Below are positions 37,991 through 49,406 of a stretch of DNA of 64,000 bases, piece after piece. The notes beneath the pieces were generated by a model, which saw nothing but the letters and a program-made list of their open reading frames with translations, was not told where the DNA came from and searched no databases. The position numbers were made by a program, and so were the translations under genes. Position 1 is the stretch's first letter, and every line of letters begins with the position of its first letter. The DNA is taken from positions 7,305,220-7,369,219 of the forward strand of contig MU054323.1 of the NCBI GenBank assembly GCA_013239625.1, in the 5' to 3' direction. This stretch comes from Lama guanicoe. Taxonomy: Eukaryota.

Positions 37991-40829
37991 TACCCTCCAA
38001 TTTAGTCCCCAGACAGCAAGCAGAGTGTCAGCCCCTTTAGTCCCAGTGATAAGGACTTGGCCCCTGGGGTGATGTGCTTCTCAAGAGCACTCCTTCCCCA
38101 GAGGGTGAAGCTGGCAAATGAGGCTGGGACAGGCGCCAGTGCCAGTGTCCAGGTGGGTCACCTGCTGACCCCCACCCAGGAGGTGTCAGCCTGCGAGGGC
38201 CTGAGGAGTGAGCGTCGCCCTTCCCAGTCTCCGATGCCACGTGCATTTGGGCCAGACACCCTTCCAGGCCCCATGTGGGTAGCAGGCGAGGAGGAGGAGG
38301 CAGGAGACAGCAGGTGAAATGGGTGCTTTCTCATCAGCCCGCCCTAATCCTGGGCCCGGAAGCGGAAGAGGCAGAACCTTCCCGGGCCTGAGTCCAGTCT
38401 TGACCACCCTGAGGCCAGGACACGGGTTTGTGCTGCCATTTCTTCGCCACATCCACCTGCCCATCGCTGGGGGGAAACTGAAAGACATCCCCTTCGCCTC
38501 CCCGGAAGCCCTGTGGGCCCTCTGCGTCTTGCTTTGCCCTTGTAATTTTTCAGGTAAATCCACAAACAGATGTGTTTATTTACTTTGTGTGTGTTGTCAG
38601 TTGAGTTGCTTTCTGTTTTCGTTCAAAATAAGATTGACTCTTTGGAAGATAAACTTGCTGAAGCCGTTTACTCCGCTTCAGCTGGAGGGGTTTAACTGAA
38701 AACTGGCAAGGCACCCTGACCCCCCCACAGGCCTCCAGCCTGTGAGAGACCTGAGAAGGGGGCTGGCTCGGAGAAGGGTACCTGAGGCTTCAAAAGCAAG
38801 AGCCAGTGAAGGAAAGTTGTATCCCAGGAAGAAGGTTTCGCTTCAAAAATGGTGTTGTTTTTTTTTTTTTTAAAAAAAAACATGAAGATGGTAACGGAGC
38901 GGACCAGGCCTTACGAGTGTAAAAAACAGTAAAAGAACTCACTGGAATGCTGTCTAAAAGCAGCCTTGGACAGGCTGTGTGTGGGTCAGTAAAGGAGTGA
39001 GTTACTGTAATGAGGGGAACACGTTATTTCTGTTATTACATTTTTGGGTATCATATTATTTTCCTGTCATTGAACTCTTCTTCCTTCTCTAATTCCCTTA
39101 GCACTTTCCTGTAGCCTGTGTTCGGTAATTAATAAGCAACACTTTGTATTATTGCCTTTTTTCCACGTTCAACCTCCCACTCTGGGCTGTAACCTCTTGA
39201 GGGCACAGACAGCATTTTACACACATGACCAAGTAAGGATGGCAAATTAGGAACTCTATTTTAATGCAGCATGCACCTATTTATCCCTCTAATCTTGCAA
39301 GATTCTTAAAAGAAACAGAAAGGAGGGGGAATCCCCTCTGTGTGGCCAGGTTAGTTCAGGCCAGTAACTGGATGACATTCCAGGCAGACTTTCCCCTGGG
39401 AGGGTGAATATTGTGTTCTGGGAAAGACTGGTGATCAGACAGAAGCAACGTTGTCAGATAATGGGGATGCTGTGTGACGTGGCTTAGGCGGGGGTGGGGT
39501 AGGGTCAGTGCTCACCCAGCAGCCTAAGACCAGGTTATAAAGTGAAGTATGGAGTCATTGCTATGTTCTCCTGGAGGAGCGCCCTTAAACACTGTGTCCT
39601 AATGTTCAGGATGACCCTAAACAGAGAGACCAGTCCCCTTGATGCATGTTAATAGCAGGGATCCTGGGAGGACCAGCACATCTTTCCAAGAGCTCCTCCA
39701 TCACCTCCCTCTGTGACCCTAGACCATTTGATTTCCTTGGCGTCAGTTTCCTGGGTCATCAAGATGGTTTGTTCACACCCTTTAGCTCTCCAGCTTGCTC
39801 TAAACTTCGAATAGCAGTGGCAATGCCAGTGTCTCAGTAGGGCTAACGATTACATTTCTGTAGATGTCTCCTCCTCCCCATCGTGTCTATAGGGATGGGG
39901 GAAATTTTGCCATTTTGCTGGAGCCCCCAGCAAGTCCCTTTAGTGTGAGGCCTGGTCAGTTCGGGCCGAATGTGGCAGGTGGATAGGGACCTTCTGATGC
40001 TGTCCTGCAAAGTCAGGGTGAAAACGGAGGGGCCCCAGACGGCAATATTGGTCCACACGAGTGAGGCGTCCAAATCGCAGAGTGGGCCTAGTGAAAGGCC
40101 CCCTGGCTGCACCGGAGCTGAGACTCCACCTCTTCCTTCCCTGCTGGAGTGAGATAATGTGCGGAAGGCCCAGCAGAGTGCCAGGCCAAGTCTTGCTCAG
40201 ACAATGTCTGTTAGTCGTGGAGGCAGAGCATGGAGGTTAGGAGAGGCTTCTGGAGACAGCTTGCCTGGATTCTAGTCCCTGCCACTTGTCACCCCTGTGT
40301 CCCTGGCAAAATGCTTCTCTTGTTCCAGCTGTGGGCAGGGGATAATGGTGCCAGCCGCAGCTTTCAGGGCAAGTCGTCAATTAGGTAATGTGCTCAGAGC
40401 GGCATGTGTGCGTGAAACACCTGCTGGCTCGTGCTGTCGCCCCTGCCTTCTCTTCCTGCTGGATTTGTCTCAGAGTCTATATCTGGGGGGAAACAAATGA
40501 AACTATCTGTGGCAGGTACAGGTTGGTTTGCACTGGGGAGCACAGGAGAAAGGTACCCAGAGGTGGAGGTGGCAGCAGGAATTAGACACTATCTTGGTCA
40601 CAATTTTTTAAAAAAATCAGCAAATTTGGGCAATTATTTCTCCATTGTGGTTTTTTCCAAGTAGGCAAACCAGGCTCTGGTTAAGTCAGTTGACTCAACA
40701 CTCCACTCCTCTTCCCTGAGCCATGCCCCTGCTCCTTTTCCCCCAAACTTGGGATATTTTTCCTCTTCCTTGAAATTTTGCTGAAATTCTGCCATTTCAG
40801 TGGTCTGACATAGTGGGGAGTGGAGTTGC

Positions 40830-41010
40830 ATTACAGTATAGCAGACAGATGGGCCTGTCACTTCCCAGCTGTGTGATCTTGGGCAAGTTACTTGACCTCT
40901 CAGAGCCTTGTTCCTCAGAATAGATGAACTTACATCGCAGCTTTGTTGGGCGATGACACTAAAGAGCACGTATTTGAACACACCTGACACACGGTAGGTG
41001 CCTAATCTGT
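40830..41010 (+). mobile_element. MIR SINE
   Basis: CAGCTGTGTGATCTTGGGCAAGTTACTTGACCTCTCAGAGCCT. Confidence 0.8.
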
Positions 41011-44000
41011 TTGTTCCCTTCCCTTTAGAGCAAAGCCCTCTTAAACAAGCCCAGTGGGTTCTCCTCACCGAGCAACGTCGGTGAGCTGGACGTTCATAGT
41101 CTTGCACAGCTGATGATGTGTGTCAGTATCTGGTTGTTTTCTCCGTTCTAGTATTTTCCCTCACTCACTCCCCCCTGGATGTCTTCAAGCTGCTCTGTTG
41201 GCTGGTTTCGCAAGGTAGAGTTCCATTTCCTTCATTTGTACCTCCTCACAGTGCTCTCCAGACCCGGGGCTGGCGGGGCTCGGGGCTCCTCCGGGTCTCT
41301 GGGTCTCTGAGTTCCTGTGCTGGGTGTGCCTGGGTGTGCCTGAGTCAGAAGGCCATTGTGAGGGCAGCTCTGCGTGTGTGACACATCTAGAGAGTGACCT
41401 TGTCCAGGGGGCTGTCTCCCTGGAAAGAATATGCAGAGGGAAGAAAGACCCAATCTCCGTCATAAAACAGGGGCAGGAAAGGACCAGCTAGGTGAGGTGG
41501 GCCGTGGGCAGGTCAGGGTCGGCCTCAGTAAACAGAAATATTAAACAAGGGCCTCTCCCAGCTCCACCCTAGCGTTAAACCCCATGGTTTGCAAAGTTTG
41601 GCTCCAGAGGCCTTCCAGTGACCCCAGTCTAACTCCCCTCTACTCTTCAGTGATGGCTGAAGGCTGGAAGATAAGTGACTCCTTGAACCAGACAACCCCC
41701 AGGGAAATTCCATCAACCCCCTCCGAGGCTGCAGGGGCTCCATAAACGGGCTGGGGTCAGGGTGGGAGGTGGTGAGGAGGGAGGGAGGGGGAGATAAGGC
41801 CTTTGCCTTCCAGGAGAGGCCTGTGCCTGAGGCAGGGGCCGTGCTGGGGGTGGGGGAAAGTCCCAGGGGAAGGCACGTGCAGCCCTGTCCCCAGCCCTAG
41901 CTCATGGGGATGGGGTAGAAAGCCAGTGGGGATAATTAGGGTCAAATGTGGGGCTAGTAAGCTGTGGCCAGGATGAGATGCCCTCAGCCTAGGGCTACAG
42001 GGCAGGAGAATCCACCCCACTCTGCTTGCCTCAGCCTCTCCTCACTTCCTCCTTCCTCTCTACCCACAGTCTCTACCTGCAGTCCAGTCCCCTGTATCCC
42101 CTGTATCCCCTGAAATGTCCCTGCCTCACCTTGGGCTCTGCCTCTCCCCCCATCCCGTTCCTCCTCTCCCACTCTCCTCTCCCCAGTCCTCTGGCCCGCA
42201 TGTCACCAACTGGTCCTCTGTCCCCTGTTCCCCTCCTCTGACAGGGAGAGCCAGGCTCCGGGCTCCCAGGACAGGCTGGTGGTGAAGGGTGAACGCACGA
42301 TCGTTGCTGAGGTGATGTGGAAGGTAGGACAAACACTGACCAGCAGTCCAGGGAAGAGGGTGACCCACAGAAGATCCCAAGCCTGGATTCCGCGTTCCTC
42401 ACCCTCACCTGCAGTCCAGCCTGACTCCCATCCTGGGGAGCTGGTCCAGAGGGAACTCAGGCTGCCTGGTCCACACCCAGCCTCCCCAGCCCCACTGCCT
42501 TCTCAGCAGCCCTCAGGCATGCTTCTTCCTCTAAAAGACCAGTCCCATCAGGGGAGCCCCAAAGAGGGCAGAGTTCCTCAGGTGGCCGATGAGGTGAACA
42601 AAAGACACAACACCTATCGCCACCCAGTGGCCACCAGCTTTGTAGAGGAGGGAGGAGCCGCAGGGCCTGCTTGCTGAGGGAGGGTGGAGGGGGCCTGGGG
42701 TTTTGAGGCGCTGCGGGGAGGATTTCTAGAGGTCTTGAAATCAGGACCCAGACTGGATTCTTCCTCATTAGGGGTTGAGTGAGTGCCTGGTGGGCAAGGA
42801 TGCTACCTCTGTGGGGAGGGGAAGACTAAGTGACGAAGGCCTTGGGACCAGGCATGGAGGTGAAGGCAAGATCCGTGAGTGGGACCTGAATGAAAAACTC
42901 AACGTGCACAGGTGATTTTGAGGCCTGCAGCCCCAAGTCAGGTGCCGGGTCTAAGGCTCTGCTCTCCTCAGGGAAAACCGTAGCACCTGTGACCTAAACC
43001 TTGCAAGCCAGAGGGCCCCACAGGTGTGCACGCGCATGTGTGTGAGGGCACTTGCTGGGCCTGCAGAGGACTCAGGCTATAACTCATTATGAATTATAAT
43101 TAACTCCTTATTAGTTGGCAGTGTTCCTGGGCCCCAGGGGGCTATCAAGTATGTATTAGTCATGACCCTTAAATTCATGGGGACACCCTCTTCCCAGTCT
43201 CTTCTCCCATTCACAGGCCCAAAGACCAAAACTTCTAAGTGGCCATTTCCCTCCCTCCTTGCAGTGGCCTCAGCTGGCACCACCATCCTGAGGCTGATGG
43301 GCTTCAGAGGGCAGTGCAGCTCCTGCCAGCCCCCCTCGCTCCCTAGCTGTGACCTCAGACCAGGCTTCAACCTTAACCTCTAAGGTCCTGCATTCAGTGA
43401 GGCCTGAAGACCTGACGGGCCTGGTGCCCCGTACATAGTTCTCATCAAATATCTTCTCAAATGAATGACAGTCCTATGCTAGGCTACATGTTCCTTCTTA
43501 ATCTCTACCTTTGGCAGTGCTAGGCTCCACTTACTTCAGAAAATCAAGCATGTCTATCTGCTGTCTGCCTCTTCAAAGGACCCCCCTTCCCAGCAAGTCC
43601 CAGCTCTCCTCATGGTCTCCCTTGGAGATCTTACATTTTCAAAAGGAAACAGTCACACCCATCCAAATCTTCACAGAGCTGGGAAACGAATAGTGCTTTC
43701 TGGAATTGGTAAATCGACTTGATGCCCACTTCTTTTATGCCTGGTCCTAACCCAGCTGTCCCCGGCTTGAGGCAGGAGACGGGGGAGATGGCGCCAGCGA
43801 GCACACTCTACCTGCTTGCAGGCACACCGCAGTGGGAGACACCAAGCCCGCCACTGAAAGAACTGGTTTTCCAGGCAGGGTTAAGTCTACAGAAAAGGCG
43901 CCAGAATCCTTGACATCTGCTGTTTGTAACTGGGAGGGCCTGCTACATCTATCAGGTTCTCTAGTCATCATTTCCTTTTAGAATAATACCCTTGGGAGTT

Positions 44001-44502
44001 GGAGCTTCAGGCAGGCGGAAGGTAAGCAGCCCAGCTGGGGTCTGAATATTGTTTAGTGTAGAATATGGTATTTGCAATGTGCAGAAAGCCTCTTGGTATA
44101 AAAGCTCCAACTGCAGGGGCCAAGTGATACCAACCCCACTTCGCTTCCTCTCCCTCCTGAGCCAGGCAGGTCATTGGTTTCCCTGGCTGCTAAGACTCTA
44201 GACTCTGCAGGACCCACTCAGCCACTGGGCACCTGTGAAGTTGATCTTCCCCGAGTTCAAGGCCTTACCTATGACGCTGCTCCCACCCTCTGTTTATTGA
44301 TTGGTGAGGACCAAAAAGAAACACAGTCTAGGATCACCAGTCCCCCAGGGATTCTGGCCAAGAAATGTGACCACAGATCACTGCTCCCCGCAACCCTCCC
44401 CTTTCTTCCGCTAGAATAGACAGCTGATACTAGCCTTTCTCCACCTGACGGGCAATGGCTTCTTGCACTGATGTGGATGCTTTTCTCCTTATAAATCTGT
44501 GG

Positions 44503-44683
44503 TATAGCGGTCCTCACAATGTGGTCCTTGAACCTACAGCAGCACCACCACACGGGAGCTTGTTAGAACTACAGATCCTCCAGCTCCACCCCAGAGATAC
44601 TGCATCAGATACTCTGGGGGCGAAATCCAGTTATCCAGATTTTTAACAAGCCCCCCAGGGAATTCTAAGTTTGAGAACACTGG
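44503..44683. mobile_element. MER5A (hAT-Charlie) DNA transposon
   Basis: GGAGCTTGTTAGAACTACAGATCCTC...CACCCCAGAGATACTGCATCAGA...TTTTTAACAAGCCCCCCAGG...AAGTTTGAGAACACTG. Confidence 0.8.
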
Positions 44684-45499
44684 CATTGTCTCTACACCTG
44701 AGAGCCCCTGGCAGGAAACCTCACTTGATTTTCTGGTCCATACATGGGGAACCTGTCCAGGTGCACGCGGTTTGTGATGCTGGAGTTTGTGCCCGAGGAA
44801 GATGGGCTCCCACGCTCCACCTGTAGCAGTCATCTGACCCCCCCAATAGGGGAGGCCAGCGAAGGCTAGGTTTGGAATCTACTGCAGGGCTCCTCACACG
44901 CCCTTTTCTTCCAGAAGGTGCAGCAGGAATTCAGATGGCTCTAGGCATTGCCATAGCAACGGTACCTTTCCGAAGCTGTGATGGACTACAGGAGCAGAGT
45001 GTAAGCAATGCAGAAGAGGGGGAGTCTGCTGGTGGAAAAAGCATGCCCAGCGGAGGAGGAGGTTATGAAAATAAACAGAATTGCAGCATGGCTCGGATTG
45101 ATGAACCTGAGCTTGGTGGGGCCTTGACTTCTTCAAGACCTAGGATGCATCTGGCACCTCTCCAGGGGTCTTCACAGCTACAAACCAGCACCAGGCCAGG
45201 AGGCCCACGATGCTAACAGCATATGTCAGTTCTCTCAAGAGATCATCTACCTAGGTTAAATGAGGCTCCTAAATGGTCACAGAGCAATTAAGAAGGAAAT
45301 GCCCACTGCAGGGTGACCACCTGTGTTCCGGGTCAGAACTGAGGAAGGGGACCCAGCTTCACGATTCTGATGTGGGTTTGCATTCGAAAGCAGGTGCCAA
45401 GCCATCGGGAGGCACCTAAGGGGCCTTAGATCATGGTAGATACTCTAGCTTGAAAAGAAATCAACTGTTGAGATTTTTACATAGAAATGGACCACTCAC

Positions 45500-45810
45500 T
45501 CATCTGAGGCGCTCTCCAGCCCCCTTACCACCCCCTAGGTGCTGGTAAGTAGCGGGAGTTGGGAGCCTCTCCTATATTCGAAGATGTTGGCGCTACTTCC
45601 TGTCAAAGGCAGGCGGAGAGCGCCCGCGGGATGGAGGGTGGTCCTGCGGCCCAGGCGCGGAGTAACCCAGGAGACAGGGCTACCCGCATGCGCACTGCAC
45701 CTGGGCCGAGCACTTGGGCTGTTTTGAAGCCACTGGCGCTCTTAATCTGACTGTCCCTTTGAATCATTTTGCTCTGGAAGAAGCAAGAAGTTCACGTGAG
45801 GAACCGGGAG
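45500..45810. promoter_or_regulatory. Candidate orphan promoter (NRF1, ETS, E-box)
   Basis: CGCATGCGCA at 45685-45694, ACTTCCTG at 45595-45602, TCACGTGA at 45792-45799, with local CpG enrichment. Confidence 0.5.
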
Positions 45811-46329
45811 CTGGGTTTCTGCCCTGTCCTCAGGAATGGGGTAGGAAGTGTGAGAAGTCAGGATTGTGGGGGAAGCACATGGTCACCGAATAGTGTCACC
45901 TGGTAGGCCCTGGTTTAGCCCTTAGACGCCTGATTTCACCATTGGTGAGACTGGTTTGCATTGAGTGTCCCCCTACCTTTCCATTTGGCTACTGTCACCC
46001 TTACTCCTCCTGGTCCTCCAGGCAAGCTGGGACCCCCGTTTCCTGAGTGCGTGGGCACACCTTTACACCCATGTTTGTCTTTTTCGAGTGTCGCCGCAGC
46101 CTCAGCTCACTGCTGGTCACAGCGTGGGCCTCGGTAGGGCCCAGGAGCTGCCGTGGGAGGCACCTGGCCCGGGGGCTTCTCCTGAAGCCCAGAGTGGGTG
46201 TGTTTAACACCTGAGGGATAACCAGCTCCCCAGCTCCCACGCTCCTTCCCGCTGTCACACAGCCGGAGTCTTCCGAGCTGTCTCATTACACGGAGGAGCT
46301 GGTCACTGTCCCCCTGCAGGAGCCTGGAC

Positions 46330-46975
46330 CTCCTTTAGGAATGGGAGGGAGAGGGGACCGTGGGGAGGGGAGGGTGGCGAACTCGCCTAGCCCTGTGGTT
46401 TCAGCCTGACTGCTCCCCTGGGTGGGCTCTCCCCGCGCAGCCATGGGTGGAGCCACGGGGTCCCGCAGGCAGCGGACAGGGGTCTGCAGAACCGTGTGCC
46501 TGGGGAGGGGGGGGGCGCCGAGAGCCAGCTGTGGGGCCTCTCGCTTCATTCCAGTCACTGCCCTTTATAAATATTTATAGCAGTTCTTCTACTAAAAATA
46601 ACATCCTGGAGCCCAGGGAGGAGGAAAAAATAAATGAAAATCACCGAGAATTGGGATTGATTATCCTGAGTGCCGGAGCAGAATGGACCCCGAGAGGGAG
46701 AGGCTGGGCGAGCGGCATCCGGGCGGCGCTCCCCCTGGCGGTCACGGTCAGCGCGCCCCGCGGGGCCAGTCCGGGGCTCCGGGGCTCCGCTGCACGGGAG
46801 CCTCCCGCACCGCTACCGCAGCTGCCGCCGCCGCCGCTGCTGGAGGAGGACTCGTCCGGGGCTACAGTGCAGAGCTCTCTCTGCTCCCGCCTCCCGCCTG
46901 GGCTGCAGGGCAGCAGCACCGAACCCGGCGGAAGACTAAGCAGTGAGAGAAAGGAAGGCTATTTTTAGCACTGTG
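46330..46975. promoter_or_regulatory. Orphan CpG island with MEF2, E-box and MCAT motifs
   Basis: CTAAAAATAA at 46592-46601, CTATTTTTAG at 46959-46968, CAGCTG at 46526 and 46819, CATTCC at 46547, GGAATG at 46338. CpG-rich core at 46690-46930. Confidence 0.6.
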
Positions 46976-47159
46976 GCCAGGGTGTGAATGTTTGTAGAAC
47001 TGAGTAAGGCCCGAAGCTGTCTTTGCACGACAGAGGGGAGAAAACCTGTTGGGTTTCTAAAGGTCAAAGGTCGGGAGGAAACTTGTGCCCCACTCCCTGG
47101 GGAGCACCCCGCGAGCTGGTCAGAAGCCAGCAAGAACTCCATCAGGTCACACACACAGG

Positions 47160-47470
47160 AGATTCGTGCTGTTTCTTTTCTCTTTTCAACCTCCAGTAAA
47201 TTCCTGGTGCAGCGATGAGACTGTGCCCGGAGGGGAGTGATGAAGATGCTAGTTCATGCAGGACTGTGGAGGCGGGGGCACGCCCGCGGCGGCACCAGGG
47301 CTCCCTCCCACTTCCCAGCGGCTTGCACGTCCCTCTCCCCCGCAGGTGGTGACGTCTGGCAGCCTGCAAGCCTGGTCCAGGTGTGCAGTGGGAAAATGGA
47401 CAGGAACGCGCCTCTGTGGGAGGACCTCGCCTTCTCGTGTCGGTGCCAGCTGACTTCACGTCCCCTGTGC
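47160..47470 (-). other. DTNB: DTNB terminal exon (3' UTR)
   Basis: Acceptor CCCACACAG|GCACAGGGGAC. The body (CACACCTGGACCAGGCTTGCAGGCTGCCAGACGTCAC...GGAGGTTGAAAAGAGAAAAGAAA) resembles the recalled human DTNB 3' UTR. 3' end approximate. Confidence 0.82.
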
Positions 47471-49371
47471 CTGTGTGGGACAGACACACTGTGACTCACG
47501 GGCACTGCCAAGGGTCTCTGAGCAAATGCTGCCAATGTCTGCTGGGGACAAAATGTACAGGGATGACGATGACGTGGTTGGGACGCTTATCTTTCAACCT
47601 GGGATGTGCAAAGAGCTGACAGTACTCATGCCCCCTTTTAGGGAAAAGGGTGTTCTCTTTTCTAGGAGTACCTTGAGTCTTTGAAGTCTTCGCTTAGGTC
47701 ACAGGGTCAGGAAATGTTTCCAGGAAGGAAAGAACTGTGTTTGCAGTGCAAGGTTTGGAATGTGGTGGTTTTATGGGAAAGAGAATTGTGACTGAGGAGA
47801 ATGGCAAAGAGGTCGGAGATGTGCCGTGAAACACTGAGTAGAAGGGGAGGAAGCCTTAGCTTCATGCCCGAGGACAGCACAATGTAAGGGTTCATGAAAC
47901 TGAGCCACCTGAGTTTTTATACTTTTGCTTGTCCACTACTGGCAAGTTTCTCCTAACTCCTGATGGGTCAGAGGACAGCATTAGCAGCAGAAGACCCAGC
48001 TCTGATTCCAGGTCCGGCACCAAGCTCCTGGGCAGTGGGCCTTAGTTTCCTCGTGTGCACGGAAAGGGAGTGGGCCAGATGGCTGCCACGCTTTCCTTGT
48101 CCCCCAGTTCCTCTGCACCCCGGAGAGAGGGGCTCTGGCAGGCTCCCCAAGGGCAAGTCAGCTCCTGACTTCCTCCATGGCAGCGGCAGCCAAGGCCTGC
48201 TGTCAGGAAGGGCCTAGCCTGCGTGTGCAGTGAGCGCAGGGAAAAGCCTGCCCCGGCCTGGGCGGCTCTGTGATTTCCAGAGCAGCGAGAGAATGTCTGC
48301 AGCTCGAGTGCCGCCCGTCTTCAGCCTGCAGGATCCCTGAGTCAGTGGAGGCTCAGAGACAGGTGGTCCCGGGGTGCAAGGACAGAACCAAGGGCCTGGT
48401 GCAGATGGGGGAAGGCGGGGTGTCAGGAAAAGGCCCGGAGGCTGCTCCAGAACGAGACTACTCAGAAGGGCCTGGGAAAGTTCCTTTTCTGGATTATGAG
48501 CTGCAGCCCTGGTTTTTCTGCTTGGAAGATCTGCAACTGAGGAAGATGGCCTAACTTTTAAACACAAGAGGTGGGGGAGGGGACGGAAGAAAAGACTGAA
48601 AAATAAAGAGAAAACTCACGGCTGCACCAAAGGCATCTATCCTTGGAAGAACTCTCTGAACAGACTGGCTGTCCAATTATTTTCATCCCTGCTTTCAGCA
48701 TGCATGCCCAGAAGCTGCACTGCCTTGAAACTGGGACTAGATAAGAGTTAAGGTCCTGAGATGGAAAAATGTGAAAGAGTAACTCCTAAAGTGATGGCCA
48801 TTTGCTTGTGGGGAAGTCTGTACTTTTTATGAATACTTTAAGGAAGTGAGAAGGTACAGCTTGGCCAGGCACTGTGGGAAACGGTTTGGTCGGCTTTCTG
48901 GGGTCCGTTGGTCTTACACGACAGAAACATGTGGCAGGTTACAGCTCTGGGTGACAGAACCCCAGGGATGCACGGACTGTGGTTTGGACCCCTAGAGAGA
49001 AATGACAGTAGCTGTGGGAAATCAGGAACAAGGAGGCATAGGCAACCCTGGGAAGTGACCTCTGACCCCTGCCCCCAGAGCCTGTTTCAGCCAGCAGTGT
49101 CTGCTCTGCCCCCTGCTTCCCGACACAGGTGACACCAAGGCCTGCCTGAGGCCCAGGCCTGGGGCAGTGCAAGACGTCCTGGGTCCGGGCATGGAAATGG
49201 GGCCAAGCAGGTATGCCGGCGGGCTACACACAGAGAACACGTGCAGCTGAGCACAGAAGGGAAACCCTAACTTGGCTCTCACGTGGTGGGTGGCTCTGGC
49301 TTGGGACGTGTGACTGAGGAAAGGGAGGACGGAAAGGGGCGGTGGGGGAAGGCGGAGAAACCCGTACTCAC

Positions 49372-49406
49372 CCGCGCTTCCTCTCTGTCCTGGCTCCTCT
49401 GCTAAC
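49372..49406 (-). CDS. DTNB: DTNB penultimate exon, 35 nt, holding the last codon and the TAG stop (49404-49402)
   Basis: GCACAG|GTTAGCAGAGGAGCCAGGACAGAGAGGAAGCGCGG|GTGAGT. Completes ...KDRG*. Confidence 0.88.

Noticed and set aside
46360..46968. 202-aa plus-strand ORF over the orphan CpG island
   Set aside because: GTG start, GC-driven composition and no recognisable domain; better explained as regulatory DNA.
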